DNA of 56,477 nucleotides from Tabrizicola sp. (GCA_012032275.1 JAAURK010000001.1:1-56477), one strand, 5' to 3'. Counted from the stretch's first letter, positions 39,195-49,738 are shown. Notes: generated by a model not told the origin, from the sequence alone. Translations and numbers: made by a program.

Positions 39195-40249
39195 TAGAGC
39201 AAGTCGCTTTCAATTGCATCCATAGCCTGCGGCGCGAAAGTAGTTTGAGCATTCTTGGCTTGTGAAGAGGTCGCAGACCCGTCCGACTTGTTTCCAGAGG
39301 GCTTGGTAAGTCCTTGCAGCGGCCTTTCGGATCAGGGTTTTCAGCTTGGAGAATGCCATTTCGATGGGGTTCAGGTCGGGTGAGTATGGCGGCAGGAATG
39401 TGATCGTGCAGCCTTTGGCGGCCAGCAGTTCGACGACGCGGGGCGATTTGTGGGAGGAGAGGTTGTCGGCCACCACGACCTGACCGGGCTTGAGGGCTGG
39501 GGCGAGTTCCTTCTCGACATAGGTTTCGAAACTGACGCTGTTCATGGCACCGTCCAGCACCCACGGCGCAATCAGGCCGTCGTGCCCAAGGCCGGCAATG
39601 AAGGTCTGGGTATTCCAATGACCGAAGGGGGCATGGTCAATCAGGCGCTGGCCGACCAAAGCCCAGCCCGTCGTCTTGACGAGGTTGGTCTTGAGGGAGG
39701 TTTCGTCGATAAAGACGAGCCTTTCCAGCATGTTGGCAAAGACAGGTTGACGCTCCTCAATCCACGCCCTGCGCCGCTCGGCTACGTCGGGACGCAACTG
39801 CTCGCTGGCGAGCAGCGTTTTTTCATGGCTGAGGCCAAGCCGGTGCAGCCACTTGCCGACCGAACCGCGATGCACCGCAACGCAATGAACCGAGGCCAAC
39901 TCGACCACGATCTCGTCCAGCGTCAGGTCGCCCTTTTCCACCAGGCGCGCCCGCATCCAGTCGTCGTATGGGCTGAGCTTGCTCCTGCGCTGCCCACCCA
40001 GCGCCTTGGGTTCAAGACCCCCGCTCTCGCGCTTCAGGACTACCATGTCGTTCACAAACCGCGGTGAAACCCGGAAGTGACGCGCAGCCTCGCGATGGCC
40101 GTGACCCTCTTCGACGAAGTCAATGACCCGACTGCGGATCTCAATAGGATGTGCTTTGACCATTCCCAACCCCTGCATATGCCAGGATCAGGGAATCACA
40201 AACCCACAAACTTGGGAATCCTGAATCGATGGAGACGCGACTTGCTCTA
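39195..40249 (-). mobile_element. IS630-family insertion sequence with TA target duplication
   Basis: 13-bp terminal inverted repeats TAGAGCAAGTCGC (39195-39207) and GCGACTTGCTCTA (40237-40249). Encloses a single transposase gene. Confidence 0.8.
39210..40178 (-). CDS. IS630-family DDE transposase
   Basis: 322 aa with an N-terminal HTH, DETSLKTN, DNLSSHK and PPYSPDLNPIE. Confidence 0.85.
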   Translation of the reverse strand: MQGLGMVKAHPIEIRSRVIDFVEEGHGHREAARHFRVSPRFVNDMVVLKRESGGLEPKALGGQRRSKLSPYDDWMRARLVEKGDLTLDEIVVELASVHCVAVHRGSVGKWLHRLGLSHEKTLLASEQLRPDVAERRRAWIEERQPVFANMLERLVFIDETSLKTNLVKTTGWALVGQRLIDHAPFGHWNTQTFIAGLGHDGLIAPWVLDGAMNSVSFETYVEKELAPALKPGQVVVADNLSSHKSPRVVELLAAKGCTITFLPPYSPDLNPIEMAFSKLKTLIRKAAARTYQALWKQVGRVCDLFTSQECSNYFRAAGYGCN

Positions 40250-40606
40250 AAGCCCCCGGCCTACGTCACCGAGGTCAAAAGGATCCCGCGCGTGTTCACC
40301 CCCGAGGAGATCGCCCGGCGACGGCTTTCCGCCGACAAACACTTGCACCGCCTGAGGCCACGTCCAGGATACATCCGTGCAACCCACGCCCTCAAGGTCG
40401 TCCAGATCGATCATATGCCAGCCGATATCCAGTTCATCGAGGTGATCGACGACGACGGCGTATTCGTTGGACGGTCCAGACATTACAAGAACAGCGTAAG
40501 CGGCGCGCGCGGCTTTGACCCGAACCCGACCACAGTGCGTATCCAGATCGCGCGCGCGATAGTCGTGGATCGCTCAAACCGAGGCGCAATGTAAGCGCTG
40601 TCCCGA

Positions 40607-42145
40607 TCACACCGTGGTGCCGTAATTCCATGGGAGCAGGTCGTCGATCTGGCTCTGCTTGTGGCCCCGGACGATGGCGGAGAGCGTGGCTGTCAGCCAA
40701 GCGTGTGGATCGACGCCGTTCATTTTGCAGGTTTCGATGAGCGAGGCGATGACAGCCCAGTTTTCGGCTCCGGCGTCGTGCCCAGCGAAGAGGGCGTTTT
40801 TCCGGTTCAAGGCGATGGGCCGGATAGTGCGTTCGACGGTGTTGTTGTCGATCTCCACGCGGCCATCGGTGAGGAAGCGGCCAAGGCCGTCGCGGTATTT
40901 GGCGATGTAGGCCAGCGCCTCGCCCAGGGGCGATTTGGCGGATACGCGGGCGCGATGGTGCAACAGCCATTCGTCGATACGAGCGAGGATTGGGGCGGAG
41001 CGCTCCTGCCTCGTGGCCAGTCTTGCGGCAGGATCGCTGCCGCGGATGTCTTCCTCGATGGCATAGAGATTGCGGATGAGGACGACCCCCTCCTCGGCAA
41101 TCGGTGCGGGTCCGGTGCGGGTGATCTCGATCAGCTTGCGGCGGGCATGGGCCCAACAGTGCGCCAGCTGTATACCGGGGCCGATCCGGTCCGCTGCAAT
41201 CAGGCGGTTGTATCCGGCATAGCCGTCGACCTGCAGGATGCCGCCAAAGCCCTGCAATATCCGTTCGGCATGCTGTCCGCCCCGACCGGGGGCATAGGTG
41301 AAGACCACGCCCGGTGGTGACGTGCCGCCCCAAGGTCGGTCATCGCGGGCCAGCGCCCAGAAGTATCCGGTCCTGGTTTTTCTGGCCCCTGGATCGAGGA
41401 CCGGGGCGCGGGTCTCGTCCATGAAGAGCTTGGTGGACCGCTTCAGGTCAGCCATCAGCGCGTCATGCACAGGGCGAAGTTCGAAGGCGGCACGACCCAC
41501 CCAATCCGCGAGGGTCGAGCGGTCAAGGTCCACTCCCTGACGGCTGTAGATTTGAGCCTGACGATAAAGCGCAAGATGGTCGGCATATTTGCTGACCAAC
41601 ACATGCGCCACCGTTGCCTCGGTGGGCATCCCGCCCGGGATCAGGCGCGCTGGTGCGGGCACTTGCACTACGCCATCAGTGCAGGAGCGGCAGGCATATT
41701 TGGGACGGCGGGTCACGATGACGCGGAACTGGGCGGGCACGATGTCCAGCCGTTCCGACACATCCTCGCCAATGCAATGCAGACAGCCGCCACAGGCGCA
41801 GGTCAGGCTGTCCGGCTCGATGATCTCCTCGATGCGCGGCAGGTGCTTCGGCAGCGACCCACGGTTGGCGGCACGCGGTTTGACGGGGCGCTTGGCGGCC
41901 CGATCCTCGGCATCCTCTTCGGCATGGATCACCGCCATGGCGGTTTCGAGGTCTTCCAGCGCCAGTTCAAACTGGTCCGGATCGCTCTTCTCAGACCGCC
42001 GTCCGAAGGCCGCCTGTTTGAAGGCCGCCACCAGCATTTCCAGTCGTTCGATCCGCTCGTCCTTGCGAAGATTGCGCGCCTCCGAAGCGATCAGCATCGC
42101 CTTCAGTCCAGCAATTTCCCCAAGCAGATCAGCGGTATTCGGCAT
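40607..42145 (-). CDS. tnpC: IS66-family transposase TnpC
   Basis: 512 aa with a leucine-zipper N-terminus, a Cys cluster and a DDE region. Confidence 0.85.
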   Translation of the reverse strand: MPNTADLLGEIAGLKAMLIASEARNLRKDERIERLEMLVAAFKQAAFGRRSEKSDPDQFELALEDLETAMAVIHAEEDAEDRAAKRPVKPRAANRGSLPKHLPRIEEIIEPDSLTCACGGCLHCIGEDVSERLDIVPAQFRVIVTRRPKYACRSCTDGVVQVPAPARLIPGGMPTEATVAHVLVSKYADHLALYRQAQIYSRQGVDLDRSTLADWVGRAAFELRPVHDALMADLKRSTKLFMDETRAPVLDPGARKTRTGYFWALARDDRPWGGTSPPGVVFTYAPGRGGQHAERILQGFGGILQVDGYAGYNRLIAADRIGPGIQLAHCWAHARRKLIEITRTGPAPIAEEGVVLIRNLYAIEEDIRGSDPAARLATRQERSAPILARIDEWLLHHRARVSAKSPLGEALAYIAKYRDGLGRFLTDGRVEIDNNTVERTIRPIALNRKNALFAGHDAGAENWAVIASLIETCKMNGVDPHAWLTATLSAIVRGHKQSQIDDLLPWNYGTTV

Positions 42146-42224
42146 GCCAGGCTTTTACCAAACCGCCATGGGCTACGCCTCTGGAAAGAGCTGTCTGAGT
42201 CATCCTGCCGCAGGGCTGAACGGC

Positions 42225-42578
42225 TCATTCCACGGCTTCAGGGGCCTTTGCTTCGATGGCCCGAACACGCCGCCAATCCAGCCCGGCAAAGAGCGCCTCG
42301 AACTGCGCGTGGTTCACCAGCATCAACCCGTCCGTCACGGCGGGACAGGTAAACGTATGCTCTTCCAGCCGCTTGTAGGCCATCACCAGGCCTGTGCCGT
42401 CCCAGTAGAGCAGCTTCAAACGATCCGTCTTCCTGGCCCGGAACACGAAGACCGTCCCGGTAAACGGATCCTTGCGCAACTCGTTCTTCACTATCGCGGC
42501 CAGGCTGTCATGGCCTTTGCGGAAGTCGATGGGCTTGGTCGCCACCATGATCCGCACCCGGTTCGACGGGAAGATCAT
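42225..42578 (-). CDS. tnpB: IS66 Orf2-like protein TnpB
   Basis: 117 aa: MIFPSNRVRIMVATKPIDFRKGHDSLAA..., typical IS66 orf2. Confidence 0.85.
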   Translation of the reverse strand: MIFPSNRVRIMVATKPIDFRKGHDSLAAIVKNELRKDPFTGTVFVFRARKTDRLKLLYWDGTGLVMAYKRLEEHTFTCPAVTDGLMLVNHAQFEALFAGLDWRRVRAIEAKAPEAVE

Positions 42579-42949
42579 GAGCAGGCCCGCAGCGCCATGA
42601 CCAATTCTGCGATCCGTGCCGCAGGCGTGGCCGCGTCCAGCCGCACCGTCACCAGTCCGATGACGAGGTCAATCGACGCCGTCGCGACCGGCGTGTCCAC
42701 TGCCTGCGCCGTCGCAACCGGAGCGGAGAACTCGGCTCCCGCAACCTCCGGCACAACAAGCTTGCCCTGCCGCGCAAGCGTCCGCCAAGAAGACAGGTGG
42801 TTGGCCTTCACCCCATGCCGACGCGCCACCTCGTTCACCGTGACGCCGGGCACCAGCGTCTCCGCCACCATGCGACCCTTCGCCTCGTCAGACCATCGCC
42901 GCTTCGCGGCCGGGGCCGCCAAAAGCTCGACAAACCCAACGGCCTCCAT
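42575..42949 (-). CDS. tnpA: IS66 Orf1 (HTH) protein TnpA
   Basis: RRWSDEAKGRMVAETLVPGVTVNEVARRHGVKANHLSSWR. ATGA overlap with tnpB. Confidence 0.75.
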   Translation of the reverse strand: MEAVGFVELLAAPAAKRRWSDEAKGRMVAETLVPGVTVNEVARRHGVKANHLSSWRTLARQGKLVVPEVAGAEFSAPVATAQAVDTPVATASIDLVIGLVTVRLDAATPAARIAELVMALRACS

Positions 42950-43064
42950 ACTGCGCTCCCGATGGACTCCCACTGACACCTCCCGTGCAAATCTCCGCAC
43001 GGGCCGCATCGCAGCTTACGGATTCAACAGGAAGGTGGGGTCAGGACAGCGCTTACGGCGCAAT

Positions 43065-43275
43065 CCGGGCATACGCAGCTTTCTCGACTGATCTCATCGA
43101 CCTGGTCGAAAAGCATTTGCCTTCGGATCTGTTCGAAAATCTTCTTCCTGTCTTCAAGGCGCAGCCCGATCCCGTCTGGACAGGTCACCCTGTAGGCTCG
43201 AGAAACGCCGTCAAGCTGATGAGTGCGCTTGTCCCCATTATCGAAGGTCGTTTCGACCGTAATCCGAACTTCCAT
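43065..43275 (-). pseudogene. ISKra4-like transposase N-terminal fragment, split by the IS66 insertion
   Basis: MEVRITVETTFDNGDKRTHQL...LFDQVDEISRESCVCPDC. It continues on the far side of IS66 (40480-40582) as ...LSRARSGYALWSGSGQSRARRLRCSC after a frame change. The family call is from memory. Confidence 0.4.
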
Positions 43276-43363
43276 GGCAGCCCCCTGACAAAGAGCTCAA
43301 CCTAGCACAGGCTAGATCACCGACGGCGACCCCCATGTCTTGTCCACTTCCCGGCCTGATCCG

Positions 43364-46300
43364 TCAGCGAATCGACTTCCGCTGGCGGATCGACTTACGG
43401 GGTCGAAAGACGCAGCGGAGTATCAGGCAACGAACGTTCTGGCCGACCGCATCCGAGCGGGTCTTCTTGCGGCGCGAAAGCGTCAGCACGAACAGCTGGG
43501 GCGTGAAAGCGTAAGCCAGGACCACCGACAGTGCGACACCACCCGCAACGGCCATCGCGAACGGTGGCCAGAACCCGCCTCCGCCGACGATGAGCGGCAG
43601 AAAGCCGCCAACTGTTGTTATGGTGGTGGAAACGATGTGCCGTGCGGATCCGGCTATCACATCGACCATCGCTGTCCTGTCGCCTCTGGCTGCACGCGGG
43701 TCCTCTTGCAAAGCGGACAATACGATCAGGGCCGCGTTGAGCGACACACCGATTGAACCCGTGACCCCGATGATTGCATTGATTCCGAATGGATAATTGA
43801 AAGCCGCAAGGGACAGGATCGACATACCCGCTGAAAGGCCTGCAACGGTCAGGGCGATCAGGGTCAGCCGGAAGGAATTGAAAGTCAGAAATACTACGGT
43901 AATCGACAGCGTGATGATGAGGCCGAGCGGAGCCACCAGCGCTTGAACGGTGCTTTTGCGCGCGTCGGAATCGCCCCCGGTTTCAAGCCGGATGCCTTCT
44001 GGCAGCCTGTATCCACTTCGCTGCAGCGCTTCCATCGCTTGCGAAAGCCCCACGGCAGGCAGGACGCCAGGGGCAAGAAAGGCCTGCACCGTGTTGACCC
44101 TTTGACCATTGCGCCGCGTTATCGTGCTGGCTGAAGGTTCCAGCCGCAAGGCACCAAGGGTGGACAGCGGCACTGCGGGCCACGCCCCGGATGCGGACAG
44201 CTCTGCAGCATCTGGCGGCAGGACGGGCATGTCACCTATGGCCACCGGATCTTCGCGCAGCCCGGCGCCCAAGCGCACGCGCACGGGCAGTTCCTCGGTT
44301 CCTTCCAGCAACGAACCACCGGTGACACCTTCCAGACCGGCCTCCATCTGTCTGGCGATCTGGCCAAGATCCAGCCCCACAAGGCGCGCCTGAACCTCAT
44401 CGACCTGCAGGGTCAATTTTGGCGTCCCGCCAGACACACCGGTGCGGACCAGCGCCACGGACGCTACCGCCGCCAGACGGGCACGCAGGTCTTCCCCGGC
44501 GAGTCGCAGGCGTCGACATCCTGCCCGACAAGGCGCAGTTCGATCGGCGCATTGACTGGGGGTCCCTGCACCAATCCTCGCACCACGAAGCGCACCTGCG
44601 GAAAAACCGATGACAGGTCAGCCTGAAGCCGGGCAAGCAAGGCCTCGGTCGCAGCGGGCGACTCTGTCCGGATCAACGCCTGCGCAAAGCCCGGAGCCTG
44701 ATCACGGCCGCCGACCATATTGTAGTAGAACGCCGGGGCAGAGCGGCCGATCACCCATGCCACATCGACAATTCCGTCCTCTTGCGAAAGATGCGTGTCG
44801 ATACGCTGGACGACACGCAAGGTCTCGTCGATCACGGTGCCGGGTGGAAGGTCAATTTCAATGTAGAACTGATCGCGGTCGACGCCGGGAAAAAACTGCG
44901 GCGTCAATCCGGGCAGCGACAGGAAACCCAGCACCGGCAGCACCAGTGCCACGGCAACGGTGCGCAGCGGGTTGTTCAGCGACAAGCCAAGCAACAATCG
45001 AAAGCGGCCCATGATGGCACCGATGCGGATGGGTACAGCGCCATTGCCCTGCCGCAACCAGCGACCCGCGAGGGCAGGTGTGATCGTGACGGCGACAATG
45101 AATGACCAGAACAGCATCACGATGACCGCGACCGCGATCGAGCCGACAAAATCACCCACCGGGCCAGGCAGCAGTACAAGCGGCAGGAAGGACAGGATCG
45201 TCGTGACTGTCGATGCAGCCAATGGCATCGTCAGGCGTCGCACAGCACCGGCAACCGCCGTCAGCCGATCAATCCCTGCGCGGAGACGATTGCCGACTTC
45301 ATCGGTCATCACGATGGCCGCGTCGACCAGAAGGCCCAGGGCCACGATCAGGCCGGTGACACTCATCTGATGAATCGGAACGGCAAGGGCGTTCAAGGTC
45401 GCCACCGACGCAAGCGACACCACCGGCAAGACCAGCGCGACGATCAGGGCGGACCGCCAGCCAAGTGTCACAAAGAGGACAGCGACAACCAGAAGAACTC
45501 CGACGAGCATGTTCACCCCGACTTCGACCAGCCGGTCACTGGTGTACCGGCTTTGGTCGAAGACGGTTTCGATGGACAGCCCCCACGGCAGTGCTTTTGA
45601 CTGCGCCGACACGGCATCGCGAACCGCGCTCATCCAGCGATCGACCTGCAATCCCGTGGCCAGCTTTGCCGAAACCAGAATAGCCGGTCGGCCTTGATAC
45701 AGCGCCGCCTCGACCAACGGAAGACGCGGTCCGCGCGTGATCTGCGCGACATCGCCGAGAAGCGCGACTTGCCCCGCGTCGTCTTCGCGCAGCACGACCT
45801 TACGGAGCCGATCGAGTGACGTGATTTCGCCTGTCAAACCGACAACGAGGTCGGTGCTGCCGCCACGCAGGCGGCCAGCCTGCACCTTGGCATCCGCCGA
45901 CCGGATCGCCGCGGATACCTCGTCCGCCGTCAGCCCCAAAGCCGCCGTCCGCGACGGGTCGAGCGTCACCAGCACCTCTTCGTCCGGCACACCGTAAAGA
46001 TCGACGAGCTGGGTCCCGGGAACGGCACGCAGCCGATCGGCGAGGGCCTCTGCTCGCGGGCCGCGCGGGTCAGGCTGAAATCTTCTGGCAGGCTCAGCGC
46101 AAATATCGCGGCATAACCACCACTGCCATCACTGTCGAATTCCGGCTCCAGGACACCCGCCGGAAACTCCCGTTTGGCATCAGACAAGGCATCGCGCACT
46201 TCGGACCAGACTTGTTCGATGCGGCCGGGCGGGACAGTTTCGATCAGCTCCACGGAGATCACCGATATGCCTGTCGCCGATGTTGACTGGATCACCTCGA

Positions 46301-46532
46301 TCTCGGAGATTTCACGAAGCTCCGTCTCGATCTTGACCGTGACCAGTGCTTCGACCCGTGCAGGATCGGCGCCCGGAAAAACGGTCGAGACGGTCGCAAA
46401 GATATTGGTGATGGTCGGGTCTTCCTGCCGACCGATGGAGACAAGGGCCGATAGACCGGCGGAAATCACCACCAGAAGGGCGAGCAGCACAAGCCGCGGC
46501 TGGCGGAAGAAAAGCGTGCCCAACCCCGTCAC
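43364..46532 (-). CDS. RND (AcrB-type) efflux permease, frame broken twice (near 46045-46052 and 44503-44514)
   Basis: Three consecutive ORFs (188, 508 and 364 aa) join as ...SLTRAAREQ/EALADRLRAVPGTQLVDLYGVPDEEV and ...LRLVGQDVDA/LRLAGEDLRARLAAVASVALVRTG. The corrected length is ~1056 aa. Confidence 0.85.
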
Positions 46533-47671
46533 TCCACAAGTGCCGCGACACGTTGGCCGGGGGCCACTCGGTCAGGTGCAGTTCTTACGATCCGAGCGCC
46601 TTCTGGCAGTCCCCCCCGCAGGAACACCATGGTGCCATCGGTATGGATCACCTCGACGGCGGCCAGTACGGTACGCTCACCTTCCGCGGTCGGTTCCAAT
46701 GCCATGACGGCCCAGCTTCCCCGCACGCCTTCGCGCAACGCTGAAAGGGGTGCCCAATAGCCCCGTTCGGCCACAGTGCTTTCAAGGATCAGTACAGCTG
46801 TCTCGCCCAGCACTTCTGACGCCCCATCAGGCAGCGACAGAATGACAGACAGGCTGCGTATCCCCGGATCAAGATCGGGGCGCATGGCCATGATCTTTGC
46901 AGACTGTGCCTGACCGCCGAGTTCCACCGTCACACTGTCGCCGACACGCAAGGATTCAGCAAGATCGGGCGGCAATCCAACGCGCAACCGGGGTGCAGTG
47001 TCCTGAAACACCACCAGACCCGCCTGCCCGGCCGCTACTGTCTGCCCGCTATCGACCAACCGCACTCCGATGCGCGCGTCAAAAGGGGCTACCAGCACCG
47101 ACTTTTCCAATCGCACATCCACACCGGCAATCCGTGCCCGGATCGCTGCCATGGAGGCATCGGAACGTGCCAACGCCAACCGCGCCTCATCTTGTGCAGC
47201 CACGGAACGCACACCCCGTTCGGTGAGAGCGTCGTTGCGAGCCAGTGTCAGACGCGCCAGCTCCGCGTCAGCGGAAAGCGCCTCCAGTTCAGCCTCCAGC
47301 GCTGCGCGCTCAGGTATCAGAGAAGCAGTATCGAGGCGGGCCAGAACCGTACCGGCTGCGACACGATCACCCTCGTCCACCGTCACTTCGGCAATCCGGC
47401 CACCAAACTCAAAACCCAGCTCCCCCTGCGCCTCCGCCTCGATCTGACCAGTGAAACGGCGCGTAACGGAATAGTTTTCCATAAGCTGCACCGTCATCGC
47501 GCTGACCGGAACAAGCGGCGCAGGACTGTCCGGTGCCATGGCGTTGCTCTGGGTAATCAGGGATCGTCCGCCGACGACGGCCGCAAAGCACAGCCCGAAA
47601 ACCGCAAGGGTAAGGAAAACTCGTCCGATCCTGCGCGTTACCGAAGCGGGCCGGGGGGCGTCGATCGTCAT
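46529..47671 (-). CDS. RND periplasmic adaptor (HlyD/MFP family)
   Basis: 380 aa with an N-terminal TM anchor and coiled-coil hairpin. ATGA overlap with the permease start. Confidence 0.85.
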   Translation of the reverse strand: MTIDAPRPASVTRRIGRVFLTLAVFGLCFAAVVGGRSLITQSNAMAPDSPAPLVPVSAMTVQLMENYSVTRRFTGQIEAEAQGELGFEFGGRIAEVTVDEGDRVAAGTVLARLDTASLIPERAALEAELEALSADAELARLTLARNDALTERGVRSVAAQDEARLALARSDASMAAIRARIAGVDVRLEKSVLVAPFDARIGVRLVDSGQTVAAGQAGLVVFQDTAPRLRVGLPPDLAESLRVGDSVTVELGGQAQSAKIMAMRPDLDPGIRSLSVILSLPDGASEVLGETAVLILESTVAERGYWAPLSALREGVRGSWAVMALEPTAEGERTVLAAVEVIHTDGTMVFLRGGLPEGARIVRTAPDRVAPGQRVAALVE

Positions 47672-47784
47672 CGGATGGTCCTTTCATCCGCAGAAGGATA
47701 CCTGGTCATCCGGCCGCCTTCGACAAGGCGCTGGATCACAGTCCTGCGGTTCTTTCGGGGTGGTAAGTCTGTTCTTGATGTCCT

Positions 47785-47833
47785 AAGTAAGCGACACTCA
47801 CTTCAAGTCAAGAAAAAAGTAAGTGGCACTTAC
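47785..47833. promoter_or_regulatory. Two TetR-operator-like palindromes in the efflux/tetR divergent region
   Basis: The perfect 7-1-7 palindrome GTAAGTGGCACTTAC lies at 47819-47833. The imperfect AAGTAAGCGACACTCACTT lies at 47785-47803. Confidence 0.5.
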
Positions 47834-47846
47834 AAAGGTCGTTGGA

Positions 47847-48452
47847 ATGCCCGCGAATGCACCTTCAAGGCCCGCCTATCACCACGGCGATCTGCGCAAG
47901 CAGCTGATCGCGGCGGTCCGCGATCTTGTCGAAAGCCATGGCCCGGATGGATTTTCCGTTGCCGAAGCTGCCCGCCGCGCTGGGGTCAGCTCTGCCGCGC
48001 CCTACAAGCACTTCAAGGACCGCCCGACCCTGCTCCGCGCGGTAGCAAGTGAGGCGATGGACAGGCTGCGCGACTGCATGGAAGTTGCCGCCGCACAGCA
48101 CCCGCGCGGCTCGTTGGAGGCGGTTGCCGCGATCGGTCAGGCATATGTCGATTTTGCGCGAACGGGGCACGGTGTGTTCCGTCTGGTCTTCGGCCTGACC
48201 GAGGGGCACGAGGACGCGCCCGAGCTCAAGGAGAAGGGTCGGGCCTGTTTTGGCGTGGTGCTGCAAGCGACGGCCGCATGCGTTGGAAAATCAGGCTTCG
48301 ACCCTGATGTGCAGCACCGGGCCTATATTTTGTGGACCGCAGTTCACGGCCATTCCTTTCTGACCATCGATCACAAGACCGATGTGCTGTCCACGTTGGT
48401 TGATGACAATACCTATATGATGACGATCAGCCGCCGTATCCTTGCAGAATAA
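47847..48452 (+). CDS. TetR/AcrR family transcriptional regulator
   Basis: MPANAPSRPAYHHGDLRKQLI..., HTH FSVAEAARRAGVSSAAPYKHF. Divergent from the RND pair. Confidence 0.85.
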   Translation: MPANAPSRPAYHHGDLRKQLIAAVRDLVESHGPDGFSVAEAARRAGVSSAAPYKHFKDRPTLLRAVASEAMDRLRDCMEVAAAQHPRGSLEAVAAIGQAYVDFARTGHGVFRLVFGLTEGHEDAPELKEKGRACFGVVLQATAACVGKSGFDPDVQHRAYILWTAVHGHSFLTIDHKTDVLSTLVDDNTYMMTISRRILAE

Positions 48453-48470
48453 AACGCCAACCCATGTCAC

Positions 48471-48503
48471 CGCGCGGAGAAAGGTCTCCGGCTCCGCGCG
48501 TTT
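48471..48503 (+). terminator. Possible intrinsic terminator after tetR
   Basis: 9-bp GC-rich stem CGCGCGGAG/CTCCGCGCG with a 12-nt loop. Followed by only TTT. Confidence 0.4.
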
Positions 48504-48727
48504 CAACCCGTGATCCGCCCGCCCTCCATTTTCGACCGCAGGCTCGTCGCCGTGCGGTGCGCCTTCAGGTAGGTCGCATCGATCATCACCGTCTTTGGAG
48601 CAGCGGCCTCAGAGGCCAGACCATCCATCATCCGGGCGAACACCCCCCTGTCACTCCACCGTTTCCAGCGGTTGTAGAGGGTCTTCGGCGGACCATACTC
48701 CCGGGGTACATCGCACCACCTCAAACC
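48503..48727 (-). pseudogene. IS5-family (IS427-group) transposase internal fragment
   Basis: GLRWCDVPREYGPPKTLYNRWKRWSDRGVFARMM...MIDATYLKAHRTA. The 5' side is cut by the IS481 end at 48728. Confidence 0.7.
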
Positions 48728-49738
48728 TGTTTGATCCCATGGTTTGATGGTGAGATCCTTTCGCAGGAATGGAAGGAAGCACTATAGGACAAGTTCGTCA
48801 CGGGAGCGCCACGACTACGCACGCTGTCAGAGCAGCAATACAGCGATCGCAGGCTTCGCTCGCGCAGCTGAGCCGGGAATTGGGCATCAACCCCAAGACG
48901 GTGGCGAAGTGGCGCAAGCGCGCGACGGTCGAGGACTTGAAGACCGGGCCGAAGGAGCCCCGATCGACGGTTCTGACCGAGGAAGAGGAGGCAGCCATCG
49001 TAGCCTTCCGGAGGCACACGTTGCTGCCGCTGGATGATTGCCTCTATGCCCTGCAGCCCTCAATCCCGCACCTGACACGCTCGGCGCTGCATCGGTGCCT
49101 TCAACGGCACGGCATCTCGCACCTTCCTGATGTCGCGGGAGACAAGCCCCAGCGGCAGAAGTTCAAACGTTACCCCATCGGGTTCTTTCACATCGACATC
49201 GCCGAAGTGCAGACGGCCGAGGGCAAGCTCTACCTGTTCGTCGGAATCGACCGGACCGCCAAGTTCGCCGTCGCGCAACTCGTTGCAACGGCTGACAGAA
49301 AGACCGCCTGGGAGTTTCTGCAGCACATGCTTGAGGCTGTGCCCTATCAGGTCCACACCATCTTGACCGACAATGGCATCCAGTTCGCCGAGCAGCCTCG
49401 CAACCGGAACACCATCTACTCCCGGCCAATGCGCTTCGACATGATCCGCGAAGCCAACGGGATCGAGCACCGGCTGACCAAACCGAACCATCCGTGGACG
49501 AACGGCCAGGTCGAACGGATGAACTGCACGATCAAAGAAGCGACCGTCAAGCGCTTCCACTACGACAGCCACGATCAGCTGCGCACACACCTGACGGACT
49601 TCCTGGCAGCCTACAACTTCGCCCGCCCGCTCAAGACCCTCGGTGGCCTCACACCCTACGAATACATCTGCAAGGTCTGGACCTCAGAGCCAGATCGCTT
49701 CATCCTCGACCCGATCCACCAGATGCCGGGACTGAACA
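48728..49738 (+). mobile_element. IS481-family insertion sequence (ends inferred)
   Basis: Imperfect inverted repeats TGTTTGATCCCATGGTTTGATGG (left) and TGTTCAGTCCCGGCATCTGGTGG (right, reverse complement), about 15 of 23 matching. No target duplication seen. Confidence 0.5.

Larger units (their letters stand above)
38813..40480 (+). pseudogene. Mu/TniA-like DDE transposase, interrupted by IS630 and truncated near 40480
   Basis: N-terminal HTH (LSTRQVYNHLARYRE). After removing 39197-40249 the frame continues CASEGL-KPPAYVTEVKRIP...VVQIDHMPADIQFIEVIDDDGVFVGR, then homology is lost. Confidence 0.6.
40591..43056 (-). mobile_element. IS66-family insertion sequence with 8-bp target duplication GGCGCAAT
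   Basis: Ends GTAAGCGCTGTCC... (40591) and ...GGACAGCGCTTAC (43056). GGCGCAAT is present at both 40583-40590 and 43057-43064. Confidence 0.85.
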
